DNA of 54,190 nt from Verrucomicrobiota bacterium (lineage in GTDB: Bacteria > Verrucomicrobiota > Verrucomicrobiia > Verrucomicrobiales > DEV007). Made by a program: the position numbers and the translations under genes. This document shows, piece by piece, positions 17,822 through 26,024 of the stretch. The notes below the pieces were generated by a model. The model did no database searches, was not told the origin of the DNA, and worked only from the letters and a program-made list of their open reading frames with translations. The stretch is from NCBI GenBank assembly GCA_038745205.1, contig JBCDLR010000001.1, forward strand, positions 1-54,190, in the 5' to 3' direction. Numbering within the stretch: position 1 is the first letter of the stretch; each line of letters starts with the position of its first letter.

Positions 17822-18951
17822 TCTTCGTAGAAGAACTCCCGGACAATCTCCAATTCCCTCTCATTTTCATCCCAGGTCGCTATGGCTGGCAGGGGAATTC
17901 CATTAAAGGTGGTGTTCTTCACCATCGTGTAGTGGGCCATATCGGTGAAGCAAATCCTGTCACCGGGTATCAAAGGCTCCGCAAACGTATAAGTTCCAAT
18001 CTGATCCCCCGCCAGGCATGAGGGACCACCCAGCCGGGCGGTCCAGCCTTCCGAGTCTCCACGAGTCGCCCCGACAATCTCAGGCACGTAGGGCATCTCG
18101 AGCACATCGGGCATGTGCGCTGTCGCGGAGGCGTCAAGGATGGCGATTGGACCGTCATTATCAATGATATCGATCACCGTCGCCACGAGCCAACCCGCAT
18201 CAAGAGCCACGGCCTCTCCCGGTTCGAGAAACACCTGAACGTCATAGCGGTCCCGGACCCTCGCGATCAACTCGCACAAGTGCCCGACATCATAATCATC
18301 CCGCGTGATATGATGCCCCCCACCGAGGTTCATCCATTTGAGATCTCCAAGCCATTGACCGAACCCTTCCTCGACGGCAGCGAGCACCTTTTCCAAGGCC
18401 GCGCTATCCTGCTGGCAAAGGGCATGAAATGAAACGCCGTGGATCCCCGCGAGGTCTCCTGCTTCTATCTCATTCGCCCTGATTCCCAAGCGCGAACCCG
18501 GAGCACATGGGTCATAGAGAGGGCTGGGGGAACTCGATTGCTCCGGATTCACACGAAATCCCGGTGACACGTTTGATTCCTCCACCCTTCGGCGAAATGC
18601 TCTCCACTGGTTGATTGAATTGAATGAGATATGGTCACTGCGGTCAAGAATTGCCTTGAACTCCTCGTCCTTGAAGGCCGGCGAAAAAGTGTGGACCAGC
18701 CCCCCGAACTCTTCTCTCCCGAGAATTGCCTCATGCAGTCCACTGGCACAAACCCCATCCAGATACGGCCGCAAGAGCGGGAAAGTCGAGAAGGCCCCAT
18801 ACGCTTTCAAGGCAAGAAGGATCTTTGCGCCCGTCCTTCTTCGTACGTCCGCCAGTACTTCCGCATTTCCTTGTAGCTTCGTCAGACTAATAACGTAGCA
18901 GGGAGACGGAAGAGCATTGGGATCAAATCCCCCGGGGAACCCCTCTCTCAT
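17800..18951 (-). CDS. nspC: Carboxynorspermidine/carboxyspermidine decarboxylase
   Basis: 383-aa ORF with a PLP-dependent alanine-racemase-fold decarboxylase layout (PSPCYVISL..., ILLALKAYG, NLGGGHHIT, LEPGEAV, CLAGD). It sits directly downstream of the dehydrogenase with an ATGA overlap. Confidence 0.85.
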   Translation of the reverse strand: MREGFPGGFDPNALPSPCYVISLTKLQGNAEVLADVRRRTGAKILLALKAYGAFSTFPLLRPYLDGVCASGLHEAILGREEFGGLVHTFSPAFKDEEFKAILDRSDHISFNSINQWRAFRRRVEESNVSPGFRVNPEQSSSPSPLYDPCAPGSRLGIRANEIEAGDLAGIHGVSFHALCQQDSAALEKVLAAVEEGFGQWLGDLKWMNLGGGHHITRDDYDVGHLCELIARVRDRYDVQVFLEPGEAVALDAGWLVATVIDIIDNDGPIAILDASATAHMPDVLEMPYVPEIVGATRGDSEGWTARLGGPSCLAGDQIGTYTFAEPLIPGDRICFTDMAHYTMVKNTTFNGIPLPAIATWDENERELEIVREFFYEDYKSRLS

Positions 18952-20141
18952 TGCTCGACAAACACGTCTTCGTCCTCATGCCATGGCAAACCCAATTCCT
19001 CCATGTTCGCAAGAAACGGATCAGGATCGAATTGCTCGACATTGTAAACCCCGGGTTTTTTCCAGACACCGGTCGCCATCAATTTGGCGCCCACGGTCGC
19101 AGGAACCCCTGTCGTATAGGAGATGGCCTGAGCTCCCACTTCCCGATAGCAAGCCTCGTGGTCGCAGACATTATAGACCCGGCGAACCCGCTCCTCTCCG
19201 TTAGTCGAGCCCCGCACTTCGCACCCGATCCAGGTCTTTCCTTTCGTCTCCGCCCCCAGATGACCCGGCTCGGGAAGAACCGCCTTCAAGAATTGGAGAG
19301 GTACGATCTCCACGCCCTCGTAGTCGATCGCCTCGATGCTCGTCATCCCCACCCCTTCAAGGACCCGGAGATGCGTGAGATACTCGTCGGAGAAAGTCAT
19401 GAAAAACCGCATGCGCTCAATCCCGTCCAGATTTCTCGCCAGCGTCTCCAGTTCTTCATGATAGATCAGGTAGAGTCTTTTCTCACCAATTCCTTCGCCG
19501 AAATCATAGGATACCGAGTTACTGAAAGCAGGAATGGTATGCCAACGTCCATCTTCGAAGTATCTCCCGTCCTGTGTCACTTCCCTGATATTGATCTCGG
19601 GATTGAAATTGGTCGCAAACGGCCTCCCGTGATCGCCCGCGTTACAGTCCAGAATATCGATGGTCCTGATTTTCTCGATGTGGTGTTTCCTCACGTGCGC
19701 GATAAAAACACTTACAGCGCCCGGATCGAACCCGCATCCAAGGAGCGCCATCAGGCCCGCATCCGCAAAACGATCATGATAACTCCATTGCCATTCATAG
19801 GAAAACCGGGCCTCTTCCGGAGGCTCATAGCAAGCGGTATCAAGATAGTGCACTCCCGCCTCGAGGCAGGCATCCATAATTGGAAGATCCTGGTATGGCA
19901 GTGCGACATTCACAACGAGATCGGGGCGGAAGTCACGAAAAAGGGACAACACCTCGCCGGTCCTGTCCGCATCCACCTTCGCCGTCGCCACCTCTCCATC
20001 GCACTGTCGCGCAATTGCCTTGCACTTGGATTCCGTCCGGCTCGCCAGGCAAATATCGGGAAAAACATCCCGCAACCCCGCACATTTTCTGGCCACAACG
20101 TTCCCCACACCGCCCGCGCCAATGATGAGCAGACGACTCAT
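18948..20141 (-). CDS. Carboxynorspermidine/carboxyspermidine dehydrogenase (saccharopine dehydrogenase family)
   Basis: 397-aa ORF with the Rossmann motif LLIIGAGGVGNVV. The length and position between speA and the decarboxylase are typical of the alternative spermidine pathway. Confidence 0.8.
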   Translation of the reverse strand: MSRLLIIGAGGVGNVVARKCAGLRDVFPDICLASRTESKCKAIARQCDGEVATAKVDADRTGEVLSLFRDFRPDLVVNVALPYQDLPIMDACLEAGVHYLDTACYEPPEEARFSYEWQWSYHDRFADAGLMALLGCGFDPGAVSVFIAHVRKHHIEKIRTIDILDCNAGDHGRPFATNFNPEINIREVTQDGRYFEDGRWHTIPAFSNSVSYDFGEGIGEKRLYLIYHEELETLARNLDGIERMRFFMTFSDEYLTHLRVLEGVGMTSIEAIDYEGVEIVPLQFLKAVLPEPGHLGAETKGKTWIGCEVRGSTNGEERVRRVYNVCDHEACYREVGAQAISYTTGVPATVGAKLMATGVWKKPGVYNVEQFDPDPFLANMEELGLPWHEDEDVFVEQ

Positions 20142-22063
20142 GATTTTCTCAAATAAGTGTAATCCTTCAAACTCTTGTCATACTCCGAGTTCATGGACTC
20201 CCCCTCTTCCGAAGAGATTAACCCCCGCTCAGCCGCCTTTTCCGTCAAAACCCCGAACTTCTCACGGAGCCCCTCCAGATCATATTCGAGGAACTCGAGA
20301 ACATCGTCCGAACTGTCCCCCCGGACGATTTTACTGAAGACCGTTTCTCCCGCGACGTTTTCCACGCTCGCGACGTGTGTCAATCCGAACAAATTGTGCA
20401 TATCACCAAGGGTTTCCTGGTAAGCCCCGACGAGAAAAGCCCCCATCAGGTAATTCTCTCCCGGTTCCAATTCGTGGACGGGCAGAAAGTCACTTTCGTC
20501 CTTCGGATGAATGTAAGTCTTGATCTTGCCATCACTGTCACAAGTCAGGTCCGCAATGACTCCCTGCCTGGTCGGTTGCTCATCGAGTCGGCGAAGTGGA
20601 ATGACGGGGAAAAACTGTCCCAGCGCCCAGTGGTCCGGAAGGGACTGGAAGACCGAGAAGTTGGCGTATAGGAAGTCACTCTGCCCAATTGTCGGCTGAA
20701 GTGCCGCCATGGCATGATTCTCGACGGCCGCCCCTTTGGCCAGGCGTTGCGCACCATAGAAAAATCGATCCGCCAAACCGCACTCCCGGAGTGTCAGCTC
20801 ACCGTCCGCAAAGCGGTTCCGCGCTTCCTTGCGGAGGGAGGCTAGCGACGTGACGACAGTCCGCGCATTTTCTTCCGAGATGGAGCGGAACTGTCTCTGC
20901 ATCTCCGCAAGCAAGTCATCCGAATCCGCGGGAAGTTCATCCGGCGTCTGGCTCTCATCAAATTGAGAGACTTCGAGGATATTAAAGACAAGGACGGAGT
21001 AGTGGGCGGCGACTCCCCGCCCGCACTCGGTCACGATAACGGGATGTTCCACGTTCTCCCGGTCGAGAATCTCCTTCAGGGAATCGACCACGGCCGCGCA
21101 GTATTCTTCGACTTCGTAGTTCATGCTGTTGCTGGATACCGTCTGCGAGCCGTCGTAATCCACCGCGAGACCGCCGCCGGTATTCATGAAAGCCATGGCC
21201 GCACCCTCCCTCTTCAGTTCGGCAAACACACGCGCCGCTTCCTTAGCCGCCGAGCGCACTCCGCTCAATCCTGCAATCTGGGACCCCTGGTGATAATGCA
21301 GCATTTGCAGGCAATCGAGGGCTCCCTCCTCACGAAGAAAGTCGACGACTTCAAGAATCTGTGAGGTGTTCAATCCGAAAAGCCCCTTGTCACCGCTCGT
21401 GCTTCCCCACCGGCCGGTTGCCTCGAGACCCAGCCGCAACCGCAAGCCGAGAACAGGCACAATCTTCATTTCTGTGGCGACTTTCATGATCGTCTTCAGT
21501 TCGCCAGGCATTTCGACGACGATGACCACCTGCAGACCAGCCTTCAGGCCGGAAAGAGCGAGCCGGATGTAGGCTTCATCCTTGTAACCGTTACAGATCA
21601 GGAACGCCTTGGGATCGGCAAGATGAGCCAGGGCAACGGTTAGCTCCGTGCGACTGCCAACCTCGAGGCCGTAGTGATACTTTGCCGCCGCCCCCGCCAT
21701 TTCCTCGATCACCTCTGCACGCTGATTGACCTTGATGGGAAAAACCCCGCGATAGACGTTCTTGTATCCGGCAACTTCAATGGCCTTTTCGAAGCCAAGG
21801 TGAATCTTCTCCAGACGAGACCGCAGGAGAGAGGGAAAGCGCAGGAGAACGGGGGTCTGTATTCCCTCCTTCTCCAATCCACTTACCATGCTCGACAAGC
21901 TGAACTCTTTCGTTGCCCCGTTTTCCGCATCCGTCAGGTCTACCGTGACCTCCCCCTTTTCTGATATGCGAAAATATCCGTCGCCCCAGTTCTTCAGGCG
22001 GTAGATTCCTTCGGACGATTCAGGATTCCAAGTGGCGGAGGAGGCAGATACCGACCGTGACAT
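20138..22063 (-). CDS. speA: Biosynthetic arginine decarboxylase
   Basis: 641-aa ORF. N-terminus YRLKNWGDGYFRISEKGEV, PLP-lysine context FPIKVNQ, and GGGLAVDYDG. The size is typical of SpeA. Confidence 0.9.
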   Translation of the reverse strand: MSRSVSASSATWNPESSEGIYRLKNWGDGYFRISEKGEVTVDLTDAENGATKEFSLSSMVSGLEKEGIQTPVLLRFPSLLRSRLEKIHLGFEKAIEVAGYKNVYRGVFPIKVNQRAEVIEEMAGAAAKYHYGLEVGSRTELTVALAHLADPKAFLICNGYKDEAYIRLALSGLKAGLQVVIVVEMPGELKTIMKVATEMKIVPVLGLRLRLGLEATGRWGSTSGDKGLFGLNTSQILEVVDFLREEGALDCLQMLHYHQGSQIAGLSGVRSAAKEAARVFAELKREGAAMAFMNTGGGLAVDYDGSQTVSSNSMNYEVEEYCAAVVDSLKEILDRENVEHPVIVTECGRGVAAHYSVLVFNILEVSQFDESQTPDELPADSDDLLAEMQRQFRSISEENARTVVTSLASLRKEARNRFADGELTLRECGLADRFFYGAQRLAKGAAVENHAMAALQPTIGQSDFLYANFSVFQSLPDHWALGQFFPVIPLRRLDEQPTRQGVIADLTCDSDGKIKTYIHPKDESDFLPVHELEPGENYLMGAFLVGAYQETLGDMHNLFGLTHVASVENVAGETVFSKIVRGDSSDDVLEFLEYDLEGLREKFGVLTEKAAERGLISSEEGESMNSEYDKSLKDYTYLRKS

Positions 22064-22116
22064 TCGGGCTATCGAGTAGGGACGTGATGATGAGGTTTGC
22101 TGGAACGAATATAACC

Positions 22117-23139
22117 TTAATGACCAAGGACGTAGTGGAAAAGTAGCGGGGCAACGATGGTCGCATCGGACTCAATGACGAATTGAGGCGTGTCGATGGA
22201 GAGTTTTCCCCAGGAAATTTTTTCGTTGGGCACCGCGCCGGAATAGGAACCGTAGCTCGTCGTGGAATCCGAGATCTGGCAGTAATACGACCACAGGGGC
22301 ACATCCGGAACATCCGCATCCTGGGTGAGCATGGGCACCACGCATATCGGGAAGTCTCCCGCGATCCCTCCCCCGATTTGGAAGAAGCCGATCGGTTTCT
22401 CGGTGGAAACCCTCATGTAGTAGTCAGCGAGTTCAAGGAAATACTCCATACCGCCCTTGACGCTGAGCGGAGACTTGAGGCGCTTATCGTAGACGCAGGC
22501 TGCGTAAATGTTCCCGAGGCTCGAATCTTCCCATCCCGGGACAAAAATCGGGAGATTTTTCTGGGCCGCGGCGAGGAGCCAGCTGTGGCTTGGATCCACC
22601 TCGTAATGCTCCTCCAGGCTACCGGAGAGGAGAAGTTCATACAGAAACTCATGGGGAAACCGGCGATCTCCGGACGTTTCCGCTTCCTGCCAGAGCGGGA
22701 TGATCTTGTCCTCAATCTTGTCCATGGCGTCGTCTTCCGGAATGCAGGTGTCGGTGACGCGATTCATTTTCCGCTCAAGAAGGGCCAGTTCGTCCTCGGG
22801 CGTCAGGTCACGGTAGTTGGAAACTCGTTCATACTTGGAATGCGCCACCAGGTTGAATACATCTTCTTCGATGTTCGCGCCCGTGCAGCAAATCGCATGC
22901 AGCTTGTCTTCCCTGATCATTTCCGCGAGCGAAATGCCCAGCTCGGCAGTGCTCATGGCCCCGGCCATGGCCAAAAACATCTGGCCCCCATTTTCGATAT
23001 GCCCGCGATACCCTCGCGCCGCGTCACGCAGCGACGCCGCATTGAAGTGCCGATAATGGTGTTCGATGAAATCCGAAACAGTCTTGATTCCAGACTGATT
23101 CGAAGTTTCGCCGGTAATTTGGTTTATTGAGTGCAGCAT
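22117..23139 (-). CDS. Deoxyhypusine synthase-like protein (candidate homospermidine synthase)
   Basis: ATG at 23139 (MLHSINQ...); the ORF-track start at 23184 is TTG. DHS-family segments are AMAGAMSTAELG, CCTGANIEEDV and GGGIAGDFP. ISWGK (nt 22204-22218) matches my recollection of the eukaryotic DHS catalytic-lysine motif VSWGK. Confidence 0.75.
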   Translation of the reverse strand: MLHSINQITGETSNQSGIKTVSDFIEHHYRHFNAASLRDAARGYRGHIENGGQMFLAMAGAMSTAELGISLAEMIREDKLHAICCTGANIEEDVFNLVAHSKYERVSNYRDLTPEDELALLERKMNRVTDTCIPEDDAMDKIEDKIIPLWQEAETSGDRRFPHEFLYELLLSGSLEEHYEVDPSHSWLLAAAQKNLPIFVPGWEDSSLGNIYAACVYDKRLKSPLSVKGGMEYFLELADYYMRVSTEKPIGFFQIGGGIAGDFPICVVPMLTQDADVPDVPLWSYYCQISDSTTSYGSYSGAVPNEKISWGKLSIDTPQFVIESDATIVAPLLFHYVLGH

Positions 23140-23277
23140 AATAGGGGTGAAATCAGGAACTTCACTCCTCCCGGCTGCGAACAAGCGCGTGGTGGTCCAG
23201 CTGCAAGGTAAGGGTTTTTGGATATTTTGCCAATGGAATCTGCGAGTTTTCTAGTAATTGCAGAGAGGAGCTCCGAC

Positions 23278-24636
23278 TCAATTTTCTAGCAATTCCAGCA
23301 TTTTCCAACGCCCGCTGCGCCAACGTCCCCAGAAAACCAGCCCCTGAAGAGCCAAATAGACGCCGGCGACGAGCCAGACACCCACCGAGCCAGAGCCCGG
23401 GGAAAACTGCACGACCAACCTACCACCAAGAACGAGCACCACGAGTGTGAGCACCAAGTTGGCAATCGCCGGCCAAACCGTGTCCCCCACCCCCTGCAGG
23501 GCATTGACGAAGACCACGGTCATGGCGTCGAACCACTGGATCAGCGCCAGAACAAGCAGGCAACGAGACCCAATTTCGATGATCTGCGGATCTGACGTGA
23601 ACAGTCCCATGATCGGTTCCCGAAAGATGAAGAAAAGGAGCGCCGTGAAGAGCGAATACAGGGAGAGCCCTTTGAAGGTTTCTCTCACCCCCCTTTGGGC
23701 CTGCCTGAATTTTTGCGCTCCGACGGACTTGGCAACGTGCATGGAAAGAGCAATCCCGAGACCATCGGCAGGCATGTAGGAGAGCTGCATGCATCGAAGA
23801 ACGACCGTCGTCGCAGCCACATGTTCCACGCCGAAAAAACCAACGAGCCACAAGATGACCACCCCCCAGGATGCGAGATCGAGAGCTTCCTGAAACCCCG
23901 ATGGAAGTCCAATCGCGGCCATCTTGCGGAGAGAGACGGAAGATGGCACAGCCTGCAGGGTTCCATACTGGTTTCGATTGGTGGCATTGAGAAAGAAGAG
24001 CAAAAAGTACAAGAACTGGGCACCAATTCCAATGACGGTTCCCCAGGCGATTCCCGAAAGCCCCATCGGCGCCAGCCCGAGCCATCCAAATGAAAGTGAG
24101 AGACTGGCAAGAGCATTGATCCCCACGGCCACCGCCGCTGAAATGAGGGGTAACCAGGGTCGCCTCGTCGCGACCGCAAACATCGCCATTGCGTCCACCG
24201 CCATCTCCAGTCCCACCGCATAAATCGAAATGCGGAAATAGTCGACCTGGAGTGGGAAAACCTCGGGTGCACTGTTGAAAAACTGCCCGAAGAGGACCGG
24301 TGCGGTCGGGATCAGTGTCAGGCAGGCCAATCCGAAAGCGAGCCCCATCCAGATTCCCTGCCACGCAAACTTTCCGCAGTCTTCATTCCGACCCGCGCCG
24401 AAGGCTTGCCCCAAAAAGGCGCTCACCGCGCCCATGACGCCGAGCCCGAAGGTCACGAGCACGAGGATCATCATCGAAGCTGGCCCCAGTGCCGCCAGCG
24501 AGACCTCGCCAAGCCTCCCGGCAATTAGGGCGTCCACCACGTGAATCAGCGTCACCGAATACTGTGTCGCAATCAGGGGTCCCGCCGTTTTGAGCAAACT
24601 CGAGAAGGAACCTTGGGATCGCTTGATATTAGCCAC
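23278..24636 (-). CDS. MATE-family efflux transporter
   Basis: 452-aa ORF with about 12 hydrophobic segments. It has a MATE-type N-terminus (LLKTAGPLIATQYSVTLIHVVDALIAGRLG) and an internal duplication pattern. Confidence 0.8.
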   Translation of the reverse strand: MANIKRSQGSFSSLLKTAGPLIATQYSVTLIHVVDALIAGRLGEVSLAALGPASMMILVLVTFGLGVMGAVSAFLGQAFGAGRNEDCGKFAWQGIWMGLAFGLACLTLIPTAPVLFGQFFNSAPEVFPLQVDYFRISIYAVGLEMAVDAMAMFAVATRRPWLPLISAAVAVGINALASLSLSFGWLGLAPMGLSGIAWGTVIGIGAQFLYFLLFFLNATNRNQYGTLQAVPSSVSLRKMAAIGLPSGFQEALDLASWGVVILWLVGFFGVEHVAATTVVLRCMQLSYMPADGLGIALSMHVAKSVGAQKFRQAQRGVRETFKGLSLYSLFTALLFFIFREPIMGLFTSDPQIIEIGSRCLLVLALIQWFDAMTVVFVNALQGVGDTVWPAIANLVLTLVVLVLGGRLVVQFSPGSGSVGVWLVAGVYLALQGLVFWGRWRSGRWKMLELLEN

Positions 24637-24675
24637 GGAAGCTCAGGGACGGCCGCCCGGTCTCGCCGAGAGACG

Positions 24676-24774
24676 TTGAAAATTCAATAAATCGAACCTT
24701 TAAGATCGTTGAGGAACAGGGCTCCGAAAGCCGAATTTACATCAAAGATAAATAAAAATATTGATTTAATCAAT
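24676..24774. promoter_or_regulatory. Two related palindromes in the AT-rich divergent region between the MATE operon and the PotD-like gene
   Basis: TTGAA-aa-TTCAA at 24676-24687 and ATTGAT-tta-ATCAAT at 24760-24774. Both fit TTGA-N4/5-TCAAT. The segment 24733-24797 is conspicuously AT-rich in an otherwise GC-rich window. Confidence 0.35.
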
Positions 24775-24797
24775 TTTTCATATTTATTAGAATTATT

Positions 24798-25988
24798 ATG
24801 AAAGCTCTCCCCAGCTCATTTCTTTCAAAATCACGGGTTCTCGTCGGCGCCGTAGTGGCTTCGGTCTTTGCACTTTTGACATCCTGCGGGAACCAATCGG
24901 AAATCTCGGCCACCGGGGACAATCCAGGGAAAGAGAGTACGGTTGGGGAAACGATCGTCCTCTACTCTTGGAGCGAGTATTTCAGCGAAGATCTCCTCGC
25001 CGAGTTCACGGAGCGTACCGGAATCAGCATCGACTACCAGGAGTTCGACAATACAGACAAGCTTCAGGAGATTTTAAAATCTTCACCAGGCCGCTACGAC
25101 GTGGTCGTCATCGACGACGTCACGATTCGCTCTCTCGTGGATGCCCGGCTGGTCCGTGAACTTGATCTCAGCCGTCTCCCGAATTTCTCGAACATTGACG
25201 TCCGCTACCTGACGGAGGAGACGGGCAAGGACGGAAACAAGTCCTTCGGCGTTCCTTATCTTTGGGGAACGACTCTCGTGGCCTATCGCACCGACAAACT
25301 TGAAGACCCGGACAATTCTTGGAATCTCATCTTCAATCGCACCAAGGAGGGTGAGGCCATTGTCCTCGGAGAGCGTATCGAGTGCTATCCCGCCGCACTC
25401 TATGCCCTCGGCCTCGATCCCAACAGCCAGAATCGCGACGACCTCACCGAGGTCACCAACCTTCTTTCCGACGTCGCCTCCAAGGGAACGATTCGGTTCG
25501 GATCTGACGATGACGTCATGGACGCGATGGTGGATGGCACCGCCACTGTCGCCATGCTCTACTCTGGTGATGCGGCTCTTCTCGCCGATGAGGAACACCC
25601 GGTTGATTTCTTTATCCCTCGTGAAGGCGCCATGCTCTGGACCGACAACTTCGTCATCCCCCGTGACTCAGAGAAATCGGATGCTGCCTATGAATTCATC
25701 AATTTCATGCTGGAAGCGGACTCCGCCGTCGCCAGCTCGGAGGAAGTCTGGTATGCCACGCCAAACAAATTGGCTCTGGACCTCCTCGACCCTGAACTTC
25801 GCGAGGACGAGCGCATCTTTCCTCCAAAGGAAGTCCTCGACCGTTGTCAGTTCATCCATTCCTGGAACGAAAATACCGAACGTCTTGTCAACAACGGCTG
25901 GACGCGTGTGCAACGTGCCTATTTGAAGAAGGAAACCGCCTCCGAGCCGGTGGCCCGGACGACCGAATCGGTGGAGGTCGCCGACTGA
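24798..25988 (+). CDS. PotD/PotF-like polyamine-binding lipoprotein with no cognate ABC transporter genes nearby
   Basis: 396-aa ORF with a lipobox (FALLTSCGN). PotD-type segments are VLYSWSEYF, LPNFSNIDV, VPYLWGTT and GAMLWTDNFVIP. Confidence 0.8.
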   Translation: MKALPSSFLSKSRVLVGAVVASVFALLTSCGNQSEISATGDNPGKESTVGETIVLYSWSEYFSEDLLAEFTERTGISIDYQEFDNTDKLQEILKSSPGRYDVVVIDDVTIRSLVDARLVRELDLSRLPNFSNIDVRYLTEETGKDGNKSFGVPYLWGTTLVAYRTDKLEDPDNSWNLIFNRTKEGEAIVLGERIECYPAALYALGLDPNSQNRDDLTEVTNLLSDVASKGTIRFGSDDDVMDAMVDGTATVAMLYSGDAALLADEEHPVDFFIPREGAMLWTDNFVIPRDSEKSDAAYEFINFMLEADSAVASSEEVWYATPNKLALDLLDPELREDERIFPPKEVLDRCQFIHSWNENTERLVNNGWTRVQRAYLKKETASEPVARTTESVEVAD

Positions 25989-26024
25989 TTCTCCCCCGCC
26001 GCAGCAACCGCGGCCCTATCCGTC

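Noticed and set aside
18951-20156. 401-aa plus-strand ORF opposite the carboxyspermidine dehydrogenase gene
   Set aside because: The minus-strand frame has a Rossmann motif and family-typical length and context. The plus-strand translation is Arg/Pro-rich nonsense.
22183-23130. 315-aa plus-strand ORF opposite the DHS-like gene
   Set aside because: The same reasoning applies: the minus-strand frame carries the DHS motifs including ISWGK, and the plus-strand frame has none.
23420-24364. 314-aa alternative-frame minus-strand ORF inside the MATE gene
   Set aside because: It is out of frame with the 12-TM MATE ORF. The translation is Gly/Arg/Cys-rich and not membrane-like.
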